A stretch of 64,000 nt of DNA from the NCBI GenBank assembly GCA_049317445.1, contig JBMOIG010000006.1:9459-73458 (forward strand), read 5' to 3'. The position numbers were made by a program, and so were the translations under genes. This DNA is from Myxococcota bacterium (lineage in GTDB: Bacteria; Myxococcota_A; UBA9042). The notes under the pieces were generated by a model. It saw only the letters and a list, made by a program, of their open reading frames with translations, was not told the DNA's origin and did not search any database. Positions 44,743 to 56,455 of this stretch are shown piece by piece. Positions within the stretch are counted from its first letter, which is position 1. Every line of letters begins with the position of its first letter.

Positions 44743-46320
44743 TTACAACGGATTCTTCGTACGGTCCGCCGCCAGTCGGTCTGCCTCCAGCTTCGCCTCG
44801 TGCAGCGCCGGAATGCGGTCGTAGAGGTTCGCCAGCCCTGCGAGACGTGCGGCGCGCTCGGGCGTCAAGGCGTCGATCGTGAAGCGCCACGTCCAGTTGC
44901 CCTCAGCCACACCAGGCGTGTTCATCCGCGCTTGGCTGTCGAGTCCCAGCAGGTCCTGCAGCGGCACGATCGCGGTGTGCGCCACCGAGGCCAGCGCCGA
45001 CCGCACCATCGACCACGAGATGTCGTGCCCGTCGATGCCGTAGTAGCGCCGAACGTGGTCGCACACCTTCTCGGACGACCCCTGCCACCAGCCCAGCACC
45101 GTGTCGTTGTCGTGCGTCCCCGTGTAAACCACTCGATTCGTCAGGTGATTGTGGGGCAGGAACGGGTTCATCGCGTCCTCACCCCAAGCGAACTGCAACA
45201 CCAGCATCCCCGGGAGGCCCGCCGCCTCTCTCAGTTGAACCAAGTCGTCGTCCACAACGCCCAGATCTTCGGCCACCAGCGGCAGGTCTCCCAACGCATC
45301 GCGCAAGGCTTGGAACAACGGCAACCCCGGACCCGGCAACCACTTTCCGGCGCGTGCGTCCTCGGCGTCGGCCGGAATCGACCAGTAGGCAGAGAAACCG
45401 CGGAAGTGATCGATGCGCACCAGATCGGTCTGCGCCAGCACGCGCTTCAACCTCTGGATCCACCAGCGATAGCCGTCCTTGGCCATCGCGTCCCAGTCGT
45501 ACAGCGGGTTGCCCCATAGCTGCCCGGTCTCGCTGAAGTAGTCCGGGGGCACGCCAGCGACGTGGCCGGGGCGGCCATTGGCGTCCATCTGGAACAGGTG
45601 CGGGCTGGCCCAGGTGTCGGCACTGTCACCGTCCACGTAGATCGGCACGTCCCCGAACAGGCGAATCCCCTTGGCGTGGGCATACCTGCGCAGGCGTCCC
45701 AACTGATGGTCAAACAGGAACTGCAGGGCCAGCGTGCGGTCGACCTCGGGGGCGAGGTCCGTGCGGGCCTTGGCCAGCGCGTCCGGCTGGCGGGTGCGCA
45801 GGTCGTCCGGCCAATGCCACCACGCCTGGTGGTCCAAGTGCGTGCGCAGACTGAGGAACAACGCGGCGTCGAGTGCCCACGGGTTCGCTCCCAGCCACTG
45901 CCGGAACTCGCGATGCAGGGGATGTGCCGTGTCGCGCGCCAACCGGTCGGCGGCTTGCTCGACCAGCGGCTGCTTCCAGCGCTTCACGACGTCGAAATCG
46001 ACCTTGTCGCGGCGCAGGAACGGGGGCGCTTGGGCCTCTTCCGCCGTCAGCAGACCGTCGTCGACCAGCGCTTGCGGGTCGATCAGCCACGGGTTGCCAG
46101 CCATCGCGGAGGGGCTGGCATACGGCGACTCCGCAGCACCTGGAGGCACCAGCGGCAGCATCTGCCACACGGACATCTGCGCCTCGGCCATCCAGTCGAT
46201 GAACGCGCGTGCGCCCGCACCCAAGTCGCCGATGCCGTAGGGTCCGGGCAGGCTGGTGGGGTGGAGGAGGACGCCGGCACAACGAGGGAACAGCTTGGCT
46301 TCTGTTGAGAATCCGCTCAC
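44743..46320 (-). CDS. malQ: 4-alpha-glucanotransferase (amylomaltase)
   Basis: GVLLHPTSLPGPYGIGDLG, WGNPLYDW, VRIDHFRGF, VAEDLGVV and YTGTHDNDT. Start at GTG 46320 or 46326 (uncertain). The ORF-track start 46371 would overlap nadE. Confidence 0.9.
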   Translation of the reverse strand: MSGFSTEAKLFPRCAGVLLHPTSLPGPYGIGDLGAGARAFIDWMAEAQMSVWQMLPLVPPGAAESPYASPSAMAGNPWLIDPQALVDDGLLTAEEAQAPPFLRRDKVDFDVVKRWKQPLVEQAADRLARDTAHPLHREFRQWLGANPWALDAALFLSLRTHLDHQAWWHWPDDLRTRQPDALAKARTDLAPEVDRTLALQFLFDHQLGRLRRYAHAKGIRLFGDVPIYVDGDSADTWASPHLFQMDANGRPGHVAGVPPDYFSETGQLWGNPLYDWDAMAKDGYRWWIQRLKRVLAQTDLVRIDHFRGFSAYWSIPADAEDARAGKWLPGPGLPLFQALRDALGDLPLVAEDLGVVDDDLVQLREAAGLPGMLVLQFAWGEDAMNPFLPHNHLTNRVVYTGTHDNDTVLGWWQGSSEKVCDHVRRYYGIDGHDISWSMVRSALASVAHTAIVPLQDLLGLDSQARMNTPGVAEGNWTWRFTIDALTPERAARLAGLANLYDRIPALHEAKLEADRLAADRTKNPL

Positions 46321-46327
46321 GTCCACC

Positions 46328-48010
46328 TCAAGTTGCAGGCATCTTGCGGGCCATCGGCACCCGGCGCCCACCGCCGAACGCCTTGCGTGTCACGCGCAGC
46401 ACCGGTGCGGCTTGACGGCGCTTGTACTCGTTCAGTTCCACCAGGCGCACTACGCGGCGCACCGTCTGGGCATCGAACCCCCGCGCGATGATCGCGTCGG
46501 CGTCCAGTTGGTGCACCAGATACAGCTCGAGCAGCGCGTCCAGCACGGGGTAGGGCGGCAGCGAGTCCTGATCGGTCTGTCCGGGGGCCAGCTCGGCGCT
46601 GGGAGGCTTGGTCAATGTCGCTTCGGGGATGATCTCGCGGTCGCGGTTGTAGGTGCGCGCGACCTCGTAGACCAGCATCTTTGGCAAGTCGCCCAACGGG
46701 GCCAAACCGCCGTTCATGTCGCCGTAGAGCGTGCAATAGCCGACCGCCAGCTCGCTTTTGTTGCCTGTCGTCAACAACATCGCCCCGGTGCGGTTCGACA
46801 GGCCCATCAGCACAAGGCCTCGCATTCGCGCTTGCAGGTTCTGGTCCGCGATGTCGTGCTCAGGGCCGGGATGGCGGTCGAACTCACCGGCCAGCAGGTC
46901 ACGGGAAGCGAGGTAGGGCGCGCCGATCGGCAGGATCGGGCAGCGAATGCCGAGGTTGGTGGCCAGCGCGAGGGCGTCGGTAACGCTGCCGCCGCTGCTG
47001 TAGGGACCGGGCATGGCGACGCCGGTCACGTGTTCAGCGCCCAGTGCCTCCACCGCAAGCGCGGCCGTCAGCGCAGAGTCGATGCCACCGGAAAGCCCAA
47101 GCAAAACAGAACGGAAGCCACATTTGGTGACATAATCCCGCAACCCCAAGACGAGCGCGGCGCGGGTCTCGTCAGGGGGAGGCGGGGCGAATTCGGCTGG
47201 GATCTCGCGATCTTGCGGCAAACCGGGAGGGCCAGCATCCGGCAATTCGCAGCACAAATCAGCGGTTTGGAACGCGGGCGCCTGAGCGACCACGCGGCCT
47301 CTGGCGTCGGTGACGAACGAGCGACCGTCGAAGATCAGCGAGTCGTTGCCGCCCACCAGGTTGCAGTAGGCCACAGGCAAGCCGTGACGGCCCGCGACGT
47401 CGCGCACCAACTCGAGGCGTCGCGCGGCCTTGCCCAGATCGAAGGGCGACGCGGACAGGTTCAGGATCGCGTCGGCGCCCGCAGCGGCCAGCTCGGCCGT
47501 GGGGTCGACGTCGTAGCGCTTGGGACCTTGCTCGTCGCCACTCCAGATGTCTTCGCAGATCGTGATCCCCAGACGGCGGCCGCGCAGGGACAGCACCTGG
47601 GCCGACAAGCCGGGCTGAAAGTAGCGGTCCTCGTCGAACACGTCGTAAGTAGGCAGCAGCCGCTTGCGGATGGTGGCGACGTAACGTCCGTCCTCGAACA
47701 CCACGGCAGCGTTCACAGCGGGCCGCAGCACGCGACCCGACGCACCGAAACCGCCAGGCAAGGCCAAGCCGACGACGAGCACCAAGTCGCGCGAACACTC
47801 GGCCAGCCGCGGCAACAGATCGACGGCGGCTTGGGTGGTCTCGGCGCGCTCCAGCAGGTCCAAGGTGGGATAGCCGGTCAGCGCGAGCTCTGGCGTCAGC
47901 ACCAGATCGTCGTGACGGGCTCTGGCACGGTCACAGGCCGCGGCGATCTGCGCGAGGTTGCCTTGGAAGTCGACGACGGTGGTGTTGATCTGCGCGAGGG
48001 TCAGCTTCAT
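46328..48010 (-). CDS. nadE: Glutamine-dependent NAD+ synthetase
   Basis: N-terminal CN-hydrolase domain (MKLTLAQINTTV..., ITICEDIW) fused to an NAD synthetase domain with P-loop LLGLSGGIDSALTA. Confidence 0.9.
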   Translation of the reverse strand: MKLTLAQINTTVVDFQGNLAQIAAACDRARARHDDLVLTPELALTGYPTLDLLERAETTQAAVDLLPRLAECSRDLVLVVGLALPGGFGASGRVLRPAVNAAVVFEDGRYVATIRKRLLPTYDVFDEDRYFQPGLSAQVLSLRGRRLGITICEDIWSGDEQGPKRYDVDPTAELAAAGADAILNLSASPFDLGKAARRLELVRDVAGRHGLPVAYCNLVGGNDSLIFDGRSFVTDARGRVVAQAPAFQTADLCCELPDAGPPGLPQDREIPAEFAPPPPDETRAALVLGLRDYVTKCGFRSVLLGLSGGIDSALTAALAVEALGAEHVTGVAMPGPYSSGGSVTDALALATNLGIRCPILPIGAPYLASRDLLAGEFDRHPGPEHDIADQNLQARMRGLVLMGLSNRTGAMLLTTGNKSELAVGYCTLYGDMNGGLAPLGDLPKMLVYEVARTYNRDREIIPEATLTKPPSAELAPGQTDQDSLPPYPVLDALLELYLVHQLDADAIIARGFDAQTVRRVVRLVELNEYKRRQAAPVLRVTRKAFGGGRRVPMARKMPAT

Positions 48011-48277
48011 GGCGACCGAGTGTAGGCGAAGGGTTGGTTCGGAGGAAGGCCGCGGCGAGGGCAGGTCGGACTCAGGTTCCCGTAGGTCTGACGTCTGATA
48101 AGAGGTATTATGTCAACTGATGGGAACCGCTCCTGTCCAAACCCCAAGATCCGTGGCGTCGGATCCTGTTTGCCCGAACCTCGTGTCCGGGTCTATCCTC
48201 GCGCCTTCGAAGCGCTTCGGGGAGCCCTTGACCGGACCCACCTCGCCATCCAGCACCTGCGACTGCCAAGGACGCCG

Positions 48278-49552
48278 ATGACACGTCTTGTCCACCACGC
48301 TGCGATCCTGTGTCTGTGTGCCAACCTTGTCGCGTTGTCCGGTTGCCTCGGCACCGAGACGCGCGACGCCGGCGCCGACGCGACGACGACCACAGAGACC
48401 ACAACGTTCGCGCCCGTGTGCACGGTCGATGCCGACTGCAAAGGCAGCCCGCAGACCTGCGTCGATGGCGTCTGCGTCTTCCAACCCAGCGTGGGACAGA
48501 CCGCGGCGCTGACGGACCCCGACCAGGACAACATTATCACCGACAAGCCGATTCAACTGGACTGCGTGGGTCTGGCGCACGACGCGTCGCTTGCCGGTCT
48601 GCCCGACGTGCCGACCGTGACAATGTGGGGCCGTGTCGACCGGTTCGGTGGCGGCGTCATCACGGCAGACGTCGAAGTTGCCGTCTTCAAGCTCGCAGAC
48701 TTCCATCCGCAGGCGTGTGCAGGTCTGACCGACCCCGCGACCTCGCAGGCGTGTTACCGCGACGATGCCAAGGTCGGTGCGCCGCTGGCCAAGGTCGTCT
48801 CGGTCGATCCGACCAAAGCCGCTGAATTGGGGATGGATTTGGCTTCGCTCTCAGCTGCCGGGGCCAACTGCGACAAGCACTTGGCGTGCCCGTCCGGCTA
48901 TGAGTGTCGCAAGACCGTGTCCGAGACCTCGAAGACCTGCATCCCCACGCACGGCATCTACGCCCTGGAAGGCATCCCGACCAACACGCCGTTGGTGGTA
49001 CGCGTGCGCGGTACCAAGGCCGGAAACAAGTGGCACGACAGCTACTTGTGGGACGTGACCTTGTACTCGGACCGTCTGGACACGACGGGCGCCGCCACGC
49101 AACCGTCGAAGTTCGTCGGCAAGCCCACCTACCGCGTCAACCCGACCATCGTGGGCGACGGCCAGTGGCAACTGGTACCGAACACCATCGGCCTGCAACC
49201 GATCAGCGAGGGCAACGGCGTGATCGGCGGACGTATTCGCGACTGCGGCGTGCCCGGTGGTCGCGGCGGTTGGCCGATCCACAACGCCAAGATCGGCCTG
49301 GGCGTGCCGGCGGAAGGCATCGCGTTCTTCAACGCCAGCGAGGACGACACCGTACCCCTGAAGTCCAGCACCGCGACCGACGTTCTGGGCCGCTATGCCG
49401 CGGTCGACATTCCGGCCGGGCCGAATCGCTTGGCGGCATCGGCGCTGATCGGAGACAAGATCACATCGCTTGGGTCGATGGACGTCTGGATCATCCCCAA
49501 TGCCCTGATGCTGGTGTCGATGCCCGGACGCGTGCCCGTGCTGACCAAGTGA
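48278..49552 (+). CDS. Lipoprotein with N-terminal Cys-knot-like module and beta-rich body, unknown function
   Basis: ATG 48278. Lipobox LCANLVALSGC. T-rich tether. CTVDADCKGSPQTCVDGVCVF resembles the modules in the metalloprotease at 22019. No family recognised for the rest. Confidence 0.6.
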   Translation: MTRLVHHAAILCLCANLVALSGCLGTETRDAGADATTTTETTTFAPVCTVDADCKGSPQTCVDGVCVFQPSVGQTAALTDPDQDNIITDKPIQLDCVGLAHDASLAGLPDVPTVTMWGRVDRFGGGVITADVEVAVFKLADFHPQACAGLTDPATSQACYRDDAKVGAPLAKVVSVDPTKAAELGMDLASLSAAGANCDKHLACPSGYECRKTVSETSKTCIPTHGIYALEGIPTNTPLVVRVRGTKAGNKWHDSYLWDVTLYSDRLDTTGAATQPSKFVGKPTYRVNPTIVGDGQWQLVPNTIGLQPISEGNGVIGGRIRDCGVPGGRGGWPIHNAKIGLGVPAEGIAFFNASEDDTVPLKSSTATDVLGRYAAVDIPAGPNRLAASALIGDKITSLGSMDVWIIPNALMLVSMPGRVPVLTK

Positions 49553-49560
49553 GGCCTGTG

Positions 49561-50082
49561 ATGCGCTGTTGGATCGGTGCCGGTGTCCTGGTCGTGCTGC
49601 TGAGCGGCTGCCAACCGGCGGAGAACCCGTATCCGCCGCGCACGCCCACGCCGGGCAAGGCGAGGCTGCCCCCGGTGCCTGAGCTGCACCCGGCGGCGGT
49701 ACCCACCAAGCATCCGGACGGTGCCTGGTCGGTTCAGGGCGTGATGTCGGCCGACCGCGAGGACCGCACGGGCGAGCTGCGGGTCCACGGCACCATCGCG
49801 GCGCTCGAGGTCTGCGCGATGAGGGACAAGGCGTGCAACCCTGCGCCACACCTGTACTTGACGGACTCGACCGAGGGGTTGGGCCGACGTCTGCTGGTCG
49901 GCGGCGAGCGGGACCTCGAGGCGCGCGGCTGGAAGGTGGGCGACCGCGTGACGCTGACCGGGCACTACGCGACCGCAAGCGCCGACGGATTGTACTTTGC
50001 GCCCCAGGGGTTACTGCTGTTGAGTCCGCTGCCGGTCCCCGACGCCGCGATTGCCGCCCCCACCGCCGACACGGCGCCTTGA
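49561..50082 (+). CDS. Small lipoprotein, unknown function
   Basis: ATG 49561, 8 nt after the previous stop. MRCWIGAGVLVVLLSGC lipobox, Pro-rich tether. 173 aa. In frame within ORF 48904..50082. Confidence 0.5.
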   Translation: MRCWIGAGVLVVLLSGCQPAENPYPPRTPTPGKARLPPVPELHPAAVPTKHPDGAWSVQGVMSADREDRTGELRVHGTIAALEVCAMRDKACNPAPHLYLTDSTEGLGRRLLVGGERDLEARGWKVGDRVTLTGHYATASADGLYFAPQGLLLLSPLPVPDAAIAAPTADTAP

Positions 50083-50086
50083 GCCG

Positions 50087-52213
50087 ATGGCCGTGAACCC
50101 GTCTCTCCGCACCGCCCTGCCCTTGCGTCTTGCGCTGTGGAGCGCCCTGCCCCTCCTGTGCCTGTTGCTGGCTCCCGAGGCGCTGGCCAAGGCGCCACCC
50201 GGCATCGGTCCCGGCCGAGAAGCTGAGGCGTTGCAGTTGCTTCTGCCGTACGCCGACCAGAGCGAGGTCGTGCCCGGCGTGGTGCTTGCCGGGGTGCAGA
50301 TCCAGCCCGATCGACTGGTCCTGAAGCTGCACGACGCCTCCGGCCCTGACGCCACGCTGACGCTGTGGACGGTGCCCAGTGCGCCCAACCACCCGCCGCC
50401 CCTGTCGTTTCGCCCCGAGCCGTCGGCCGCGGCGACCCCGGCATTGCAGCTGGCGCAGACGAACCTGCTCGCCGCCGTCGCGCGCAACGACACGGGCAGC
50501 TTCGCCGTCGGGGCGCCGGTGACCACGCCCAACCCCTTGATGGCGCAAGAGAACGTGTGGGCGAGTCCTGGCATGGCCCTGCGGCTGGCGCTCGCGGTCG
50601 CGCTGTGGCTGTTGCTGGGCGTTGCGGTGACCCTGCAGCTGCGTCACAGGGTTGGCGACGCCAGTTGCGGCGGAAGAATCGGGCGGTGGATCGCGGGGTT
50701 GATCGTGCTATCCGTCGCCTTCAGCGCGCGGACCGAGGCTCCGTTCACGCCGCTGCACGCCAACGACCACGCGTACGAGGACATCGCGGTGGCGCTGGGC
50801 ACGCCCGAGTCGGGTCCGGCGACGGTGCGGGCGGTGGTCGAGTACGGGCCGTCGTGGGTGGTGGCTCAGCGGGCGACCGTGCCGCTGTTCGGCCGCACGC
50901 ACGACGGTCTGGCCCGCTGGTCGGCGGCGGTGGGGGCGCTGGCGGCGCTGTTCGCGTTTCTGGCGGCGACGCAGGCGTGCGGCACCGGTTCGGCGGGCTT
51001 GCTGGCGGGTTTGGTCGTGGCGCTGGCTCCCGTGGCGGTAAGGGTTGGGCACTCGGAGAGCGTGCTGGTCGTTGCGCAGTTGTTGGTGGCGGTGGGGCTG
51101 TGGCTGGCGGTGATCGCGCCCAACCTTTTGAATCGCCTCGGGTTGTTGGCGGTCGTGGGACTGCTGGCGACCGGCCATCCCCTGGGACCGGCGTACGCGG
51201 CGGGTCTGGCGGCGCTGGCGTGGGCGGTCGAGCGGGGCGTGGACCCGAGCGGCAGGGTCGCGCCGGACGTGTTGCTGCCGTGGAAGTCGCGGCTGGGCTG
51301 GGCGGCGGCGCTGGCCGGCGTGGTGGCGGCGGGGCTGGCGCTGGGCTTGCTGGGCGATGCGGGGTTGCTCGCCCGGCGTGTGGCGGTCACGTCGCAGGAA
51401 GTGCCGATTTCGACCGGGTTTTGGCGCGTGTGGCTGTGGCTGGACCCCGCGTGGTCGTCGGTCGCTGCGGTGGCGTTGGCGACGCTGGGGTGGATGGCCC
51501 TGCCGATGCATTTCGCCACGCCCTGGCAGGACCGTGCGTTGCGGACGCTGGCGTTTGGCCTTGGGTTGGGCGCAGTTGCCCTGCCCGGCCTGGTCGTCAC
51601 GGCCTCGGTGACCGATGCGTTGCGCTATCAGGCGCCGTTTGCGGGCGCGCTGGCCGTGGCGATCGGCTTTGTGCCGGCGCTGGTGCAGGACCCGCTGGCG
51701 CGGGGGCGGTGGCCGCGGGTGGTGATCGTGCTGCTGGTGGCGCTTGCGGTGCTGGTGGAGCTGGGGCGCGACCTGCCGGGTGAGACGTACCTGGATGTGC
51801 AAGCCCAGGCGTATCAGGGGTTGCGACGGGCGGTGGGCAAGCTGACTGGCGAGGTGTGGCTTCTGCAGGTTGAGCGGGACGGGGCGGCGCAGGTGGTGGT
51901 CGAGGCGCCGGTGGGGCGGTTGGCGGCGGACGGGCCGACGTTGCGCGTGCTGTCGGTGCGGCAGGCCGAGGCGGCGGGCAAGGCTGGGCGGGCGTTGCCG
52001 CAGCCGCTGTATGCGTTTCTCGATCCTGGTTGCGAGGCTCAGGTGTCACCGGGGAGTGCGGGGCCTTGTGCGGCGTTGGAGCGGTGGGTGCTCGGCGCGC
52101 CGGTGGCTCGCGGGACGACGCGGGTGACTCGGGCGTCGAATGGCAAGCTTCCCGATGAGTTTCATACGTATCGGACGGCGACTCCGGGGTGGGCGTTGTG
52201 GGGGGCGAAGTGA
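50087..52213 (+). CDS. Large polytopic membrane protein (11-12 TM) with N- and C-terminal extracytoplasmic domains, unknown function
   Basis: ATG 50087, 4 nt after the previous stop. Signal or anchor LALWSALPLLCLLLAPEALA, a soluble domain of about 120 aa, a run of Ala/Leu/Gly-rich helices, then a C-terminal domain of about 150 aa. Confidence 0.6.
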   Translation: MAVNPSLRTALPLRLALWSALPLLCLLLAPEALAKAPPGIGPGREAEALQLLLPYADQSEVVPGVVLAGVQIQPDRLVLKLHDASGPDATLTLWTVPSAPNHPPPLSFRPEPSAAATPALQLAQTNLLAAVARNDTGSFAVGAPVTTPNPLMAQENVWASPGMALRLALAVALWLLLGVAVTLQLRHRVGDASCGGRIGRWIAGLIVLSVAFSARTEAPFTPLHANDHAYEDIAVALGTPESGPATVRAVVEYGPSWVVAQRATVPLFGRTHDGLARWSAAVGALAALFAFLAATQACGTGSAGLLAGLVVALAPVAVRVGHSESVLVVAQLLVAVGLWLAVIAPNLLNRLGLLAVVGLLATGHPLGPAYAAGLAALAWAVERGVDPSGRVAPDVLLPWKSRLGWAAALAGVVAAGLALGLLGDAGLLARRVAVTSQEVPISTGFWRVWLWLDPAWSSVAAVALATLGWMALPMHFATPWQDRALRTLAFGLGLGAVALPGLVVTASVTDALRYQAPFAGALAVAIGFVPALVQDPLARGRWPRVVIVLLVALAVLVELGRDLPGETYLDVQAQAYQGLRRAVGKLTGEVWLLQVERDGAAQVVVEAPVGRLAADGPTLRVLSVRQAEAAGKAGRALPQPLYAFLDPGCEAQVSPGSAGPCAALERWVLGAPVARGTTRVTRASNGKLPDEFHTYRTATPGWALWGAK

Positions 52214-52240
52214 TGGGGGCCTGACGGTCGCGCCCGGTCA

Positions 52241-54160
52241 TCAGCGCGCGACGGCTCCACCCTCGCCTCGCGGATCGCTGACGGCGGTCCAGGCTGGGTG
52301 GTCGCATGACGGCACGCCCCCCGGACACTCCAGCGCGACCGCTTGAACGTTGCACCAGGGAGGGCGGCGTTCGACCGTGTGGCCGGCCCGCTCAAGGGAT
52401 TCGGCCATCTCGTCCGAGCCGGTGCGCGCCAGCGGATCGGCGAACCCCTGCTCGACGTCGACCCGGTCCGGCCAGGCTTGGTGGTGGATGCGCGGCATCG
52501 CAACGGCCCGGGCGAGGTCGCCCATGGAGCGTGACCAGTACAAGACCCAGGCCACCGTCGTTGGGATCCGCGTGCCACCGGGCGTTCCCGCGACGACCTT
52601 GGGCTTGCCGTCCTTCAGCAGGATCAACGGCGACATCGACGACACCGGGCGAGCACCAGCGCGTGCCAGGTTTTCGGCACTGCCTGCGAGCCCAAAGTAG
52701 TTCGGATCAGTCAGCGAAAAGGTGAAGTCGTCCATCTCGTTATTGAGGATGACTCCTGATTCTGGAGCGATAATTCCAGATCCGAACATCAAGTTGATCG
52801 TGTGGGTCGACGACACCGCCATGCCGCGACTGTCGACGATGGAGACGTGGCTGGTGTTGGGCGCGGAAACGTGTGGCGTGCCCTTCTTTGGACTCGCGAT
52901 GACCGACAACGAAGCGCTGGAGGTTGCGTAGTTGGGGAAGAACGCCGCCGCGGCAGCCCGCCGAGCCGCCCGCGGGAACGCTTCGTCGAGGGTCGCTGCA
53001 GGGTGGTCGGAATCGCCGCTGTACCCGATCCGCAACAGGAAAGACCGCCTCATCGCCTCGGCCCACGCGTGGATCCATTGTCCTTGGTTGAGAAGGGTCG
53101 ACTTGCCAAACTCGTGCAAGAGCTCCCCCATCACCAACACCTGAGCCCCACCCGCCGAAGGCTGCGGCATTGTCACCACCCGCCCACCAAACGCATCCCC
53201 CTGCAACGGCGCCATCTCGCGCACCCGATACCCCGCCAGATCCTCCAACGTGATCTTCCCCCCAGCCGCCCGAGCCGTCCGCACGATGTCCTCAGCCACG
53301 GCTCCCTTGTAAAACGCATCCGGTCCCTCCCGAGCGATCCGCTCGAGCGTCCGCGCCAACGCCGGCATCCGCAGGATCTCGCCTTGCTTCATGGGCTTGC
53401 CGCCAGGAGCCAACAGCGCCTGCGCCGTCCGGTCCAGATCCGGCAGTGTCGCCACGATCGCCGCCGCACTCTCCCGCCCCAGCGAGTACCCCCGCGCCGC
53501 CACCTCAGCCGCCGGCTGCACCAACGCCCCCCACGGCCGTCTGCCGTACCTCGCGTGCAGCGCCGCCAAACCCGCGACATACCCAGGAGTTGCGATGGCC
53601 AACCCATGCCGCTGGCTCAGCTTCGCGATTGCATGCCCCTGCGCGTCCAAATAGTCGGCCACCTGCGTCGCAGCGGGCGCCGTCTCGCGAAAGTCCCAAG
53701 CGCGCGGCGGGGTTCCATCCCCCGGCCAGACCACCGCAAACCCTCCGCCGCCGATGCCGGTCGAGCGGGGCTGCACTACCGTGAGCATGAAGCTCGCCGC
53801 CACCAGCGCATCGACCGCCGACCCGCCCGCCTTCAGCGCGTCCTCTGCCGCCCGGGTGGCCAGCGGGTGTGCGGTCGCGACGCCGTAGTGGGCGGTCGTC
53901 CGCGTGGCGTCTTCGGGCAGAACCGGCGTACCAACAGCGACTTGCGGCAGGGCAAACGACTCGGCGCGCAGCGGCTCGGGCGACGGCGACGGGGCGGGAA
54001 CCGCGAGGACGGCAGGTGCGACGGCCTGCTTGACCGGCGGCGCAGGACCGCGCTCCACCGGCCGACAGGTGGTCGCGAACACCGCCAACCCGAGCCACAG
54101 CACCGGCAGGCGCGAGAAGGCCGCTCGGGGCGACGCAACAAGTTCCATGTGACGCAACAT
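52241..54160 (-). CDS. ggt: Gamma-glutamyltranspeptidase
   Basis: ATG 54160 with AGGAGA upstream. STGIGGGGFAVVW, autoprocessing Thr context APNTSHVSIVD, GSGIIAPESGVILNNEMDDF. Confidence 0.9.
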   Translation of the reverse strand: MLRHMELVASPRAAFSRLPVLWLGLAVFATTCRPVERGPAPPVKQAVAPAVLAVPAPSPSPEPLRAESFALPQVAVGTPVLPEDATRTTAHYGVATAHPLATRAAEDALKAGGSAVDALVAASFMLTVVQPRSTGIGGGGFAVVWPGDGTPPRAWDFRETAPAATQVADYLDAQGHAIAKLSQRHGLAIATPGYVAGLAALHARYGRRPWGALVQPAAEVAARGYSLGRESAAAIVATLPDLDRTAQALLAPGGKPMKQGEILRMPALARTLERIAREGPDAFYKGAVAEDIVRTARAAGGKITLEDLAGYRVREMAPLQGDAFGGRVVTMPQPSAGGAQVLVMGELLHEFGKSTLLNQGQWIHAWAEAMRRSFLLRIGYSGDSDHPAATLDEAFPRAARRAAAAAFFPNYATSSASLSVIASPKKGTPHVSAPNTSHVSIVDSRGMAVSSTHTINLMFGSGIIAPESGVILNNEMDDFTFSLTDPNYFGLAGSAENLARAGARPVSSMSPLILLKDGKPKVVAGTPGGTRIPTTVAWVLYWSRSMGDLARAVAMPRIHHQAWPDRVDVEQGFADPLARTGSDEMAESLERAGHTVERRPPWCNVQAVALECPGGVPSCDHPAWTAVSDPRGEGGAVAR

Positions 54161-54314
54161 GCCGTCTCCTGTCACAACTACTTGGGATCACGCATGAAGA
54201 TCGCATGGCGCAACGCGTCATTTGCGGTTGCGCCGCGAACGCCGCGCGTCTAACATCGTCGGCCAGTCCCCCTTCCAGCGCATCCCGCCCAGGTCCAACT
54301 CTCGGAGGCTCGAT

Positions 54315-56129
<1,815 letters not shown>

Positions 56130-56224
56130 AGTTCAGAATTGTCCGACCGCAGAGCGGGCTTGCAGATTCGACGTGGTCGTCTTACACTTCCTGCATGACC
56201 GTCATACGGTCGACGGAAGGTGTG

Positions 56225-56455
56225 ATGAAGGCCGTCACCGTCAAGCTCGAACAGGACGAGGTCTCCTACGTCGATGCGCTCGCCCGTCGACGTGGCCTGA
56301 CCCGATCAGACGTCGTCCGCGACGCGCTTGTGGCCTATCGCATCAGCGACCGCCCCGCGACCTTCGGTGAGCTCGCCGCCGATCTCGCCGGATCCGTCGA
56401 GGGGCCAAGGGACCTCGCCAGCAACGCAGACCACATGGATGGGTACGGCAAGTGA
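56225..56455 (+). CDS. vapB: Ribbon-helix-helix (CopG/VapB-like) antitoxin
   Basis: MKAVTVKLEQDEVSYVDALARRRGLTRSDVVRDALVAY is an RHH fold pattern. 76 aa. Its stop overlaps the toxin start (GTGA). Confidence 0.75.
   Translation: MKAVTVKLEQDEVSYVDALARRRGLTRSDVVRDALVAYRISDRPATFGELAADLAGSVEGPRDLASNADHMDGYGK

Noticed and set aside
46256-48025. 589-aa plus-strand ORF.
   Set aside because: It is fully antisense to nadE, which has clear CN-hydrolase and SGGIDS motifs. Shadow ORF.
48851-50647. 598-aa minus-strand ORF, and similar long R/P/G-rich ORFs at 50708-51802, 51597-52355 and 50365-51783.
   Set aside because: They lie antisense or out of frame to the plus-strand lipoprotein and membrane genes, whose signal peptides, lipoboxes and TM helices make sense. 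Extreme Arg/Pro/Gly composition.
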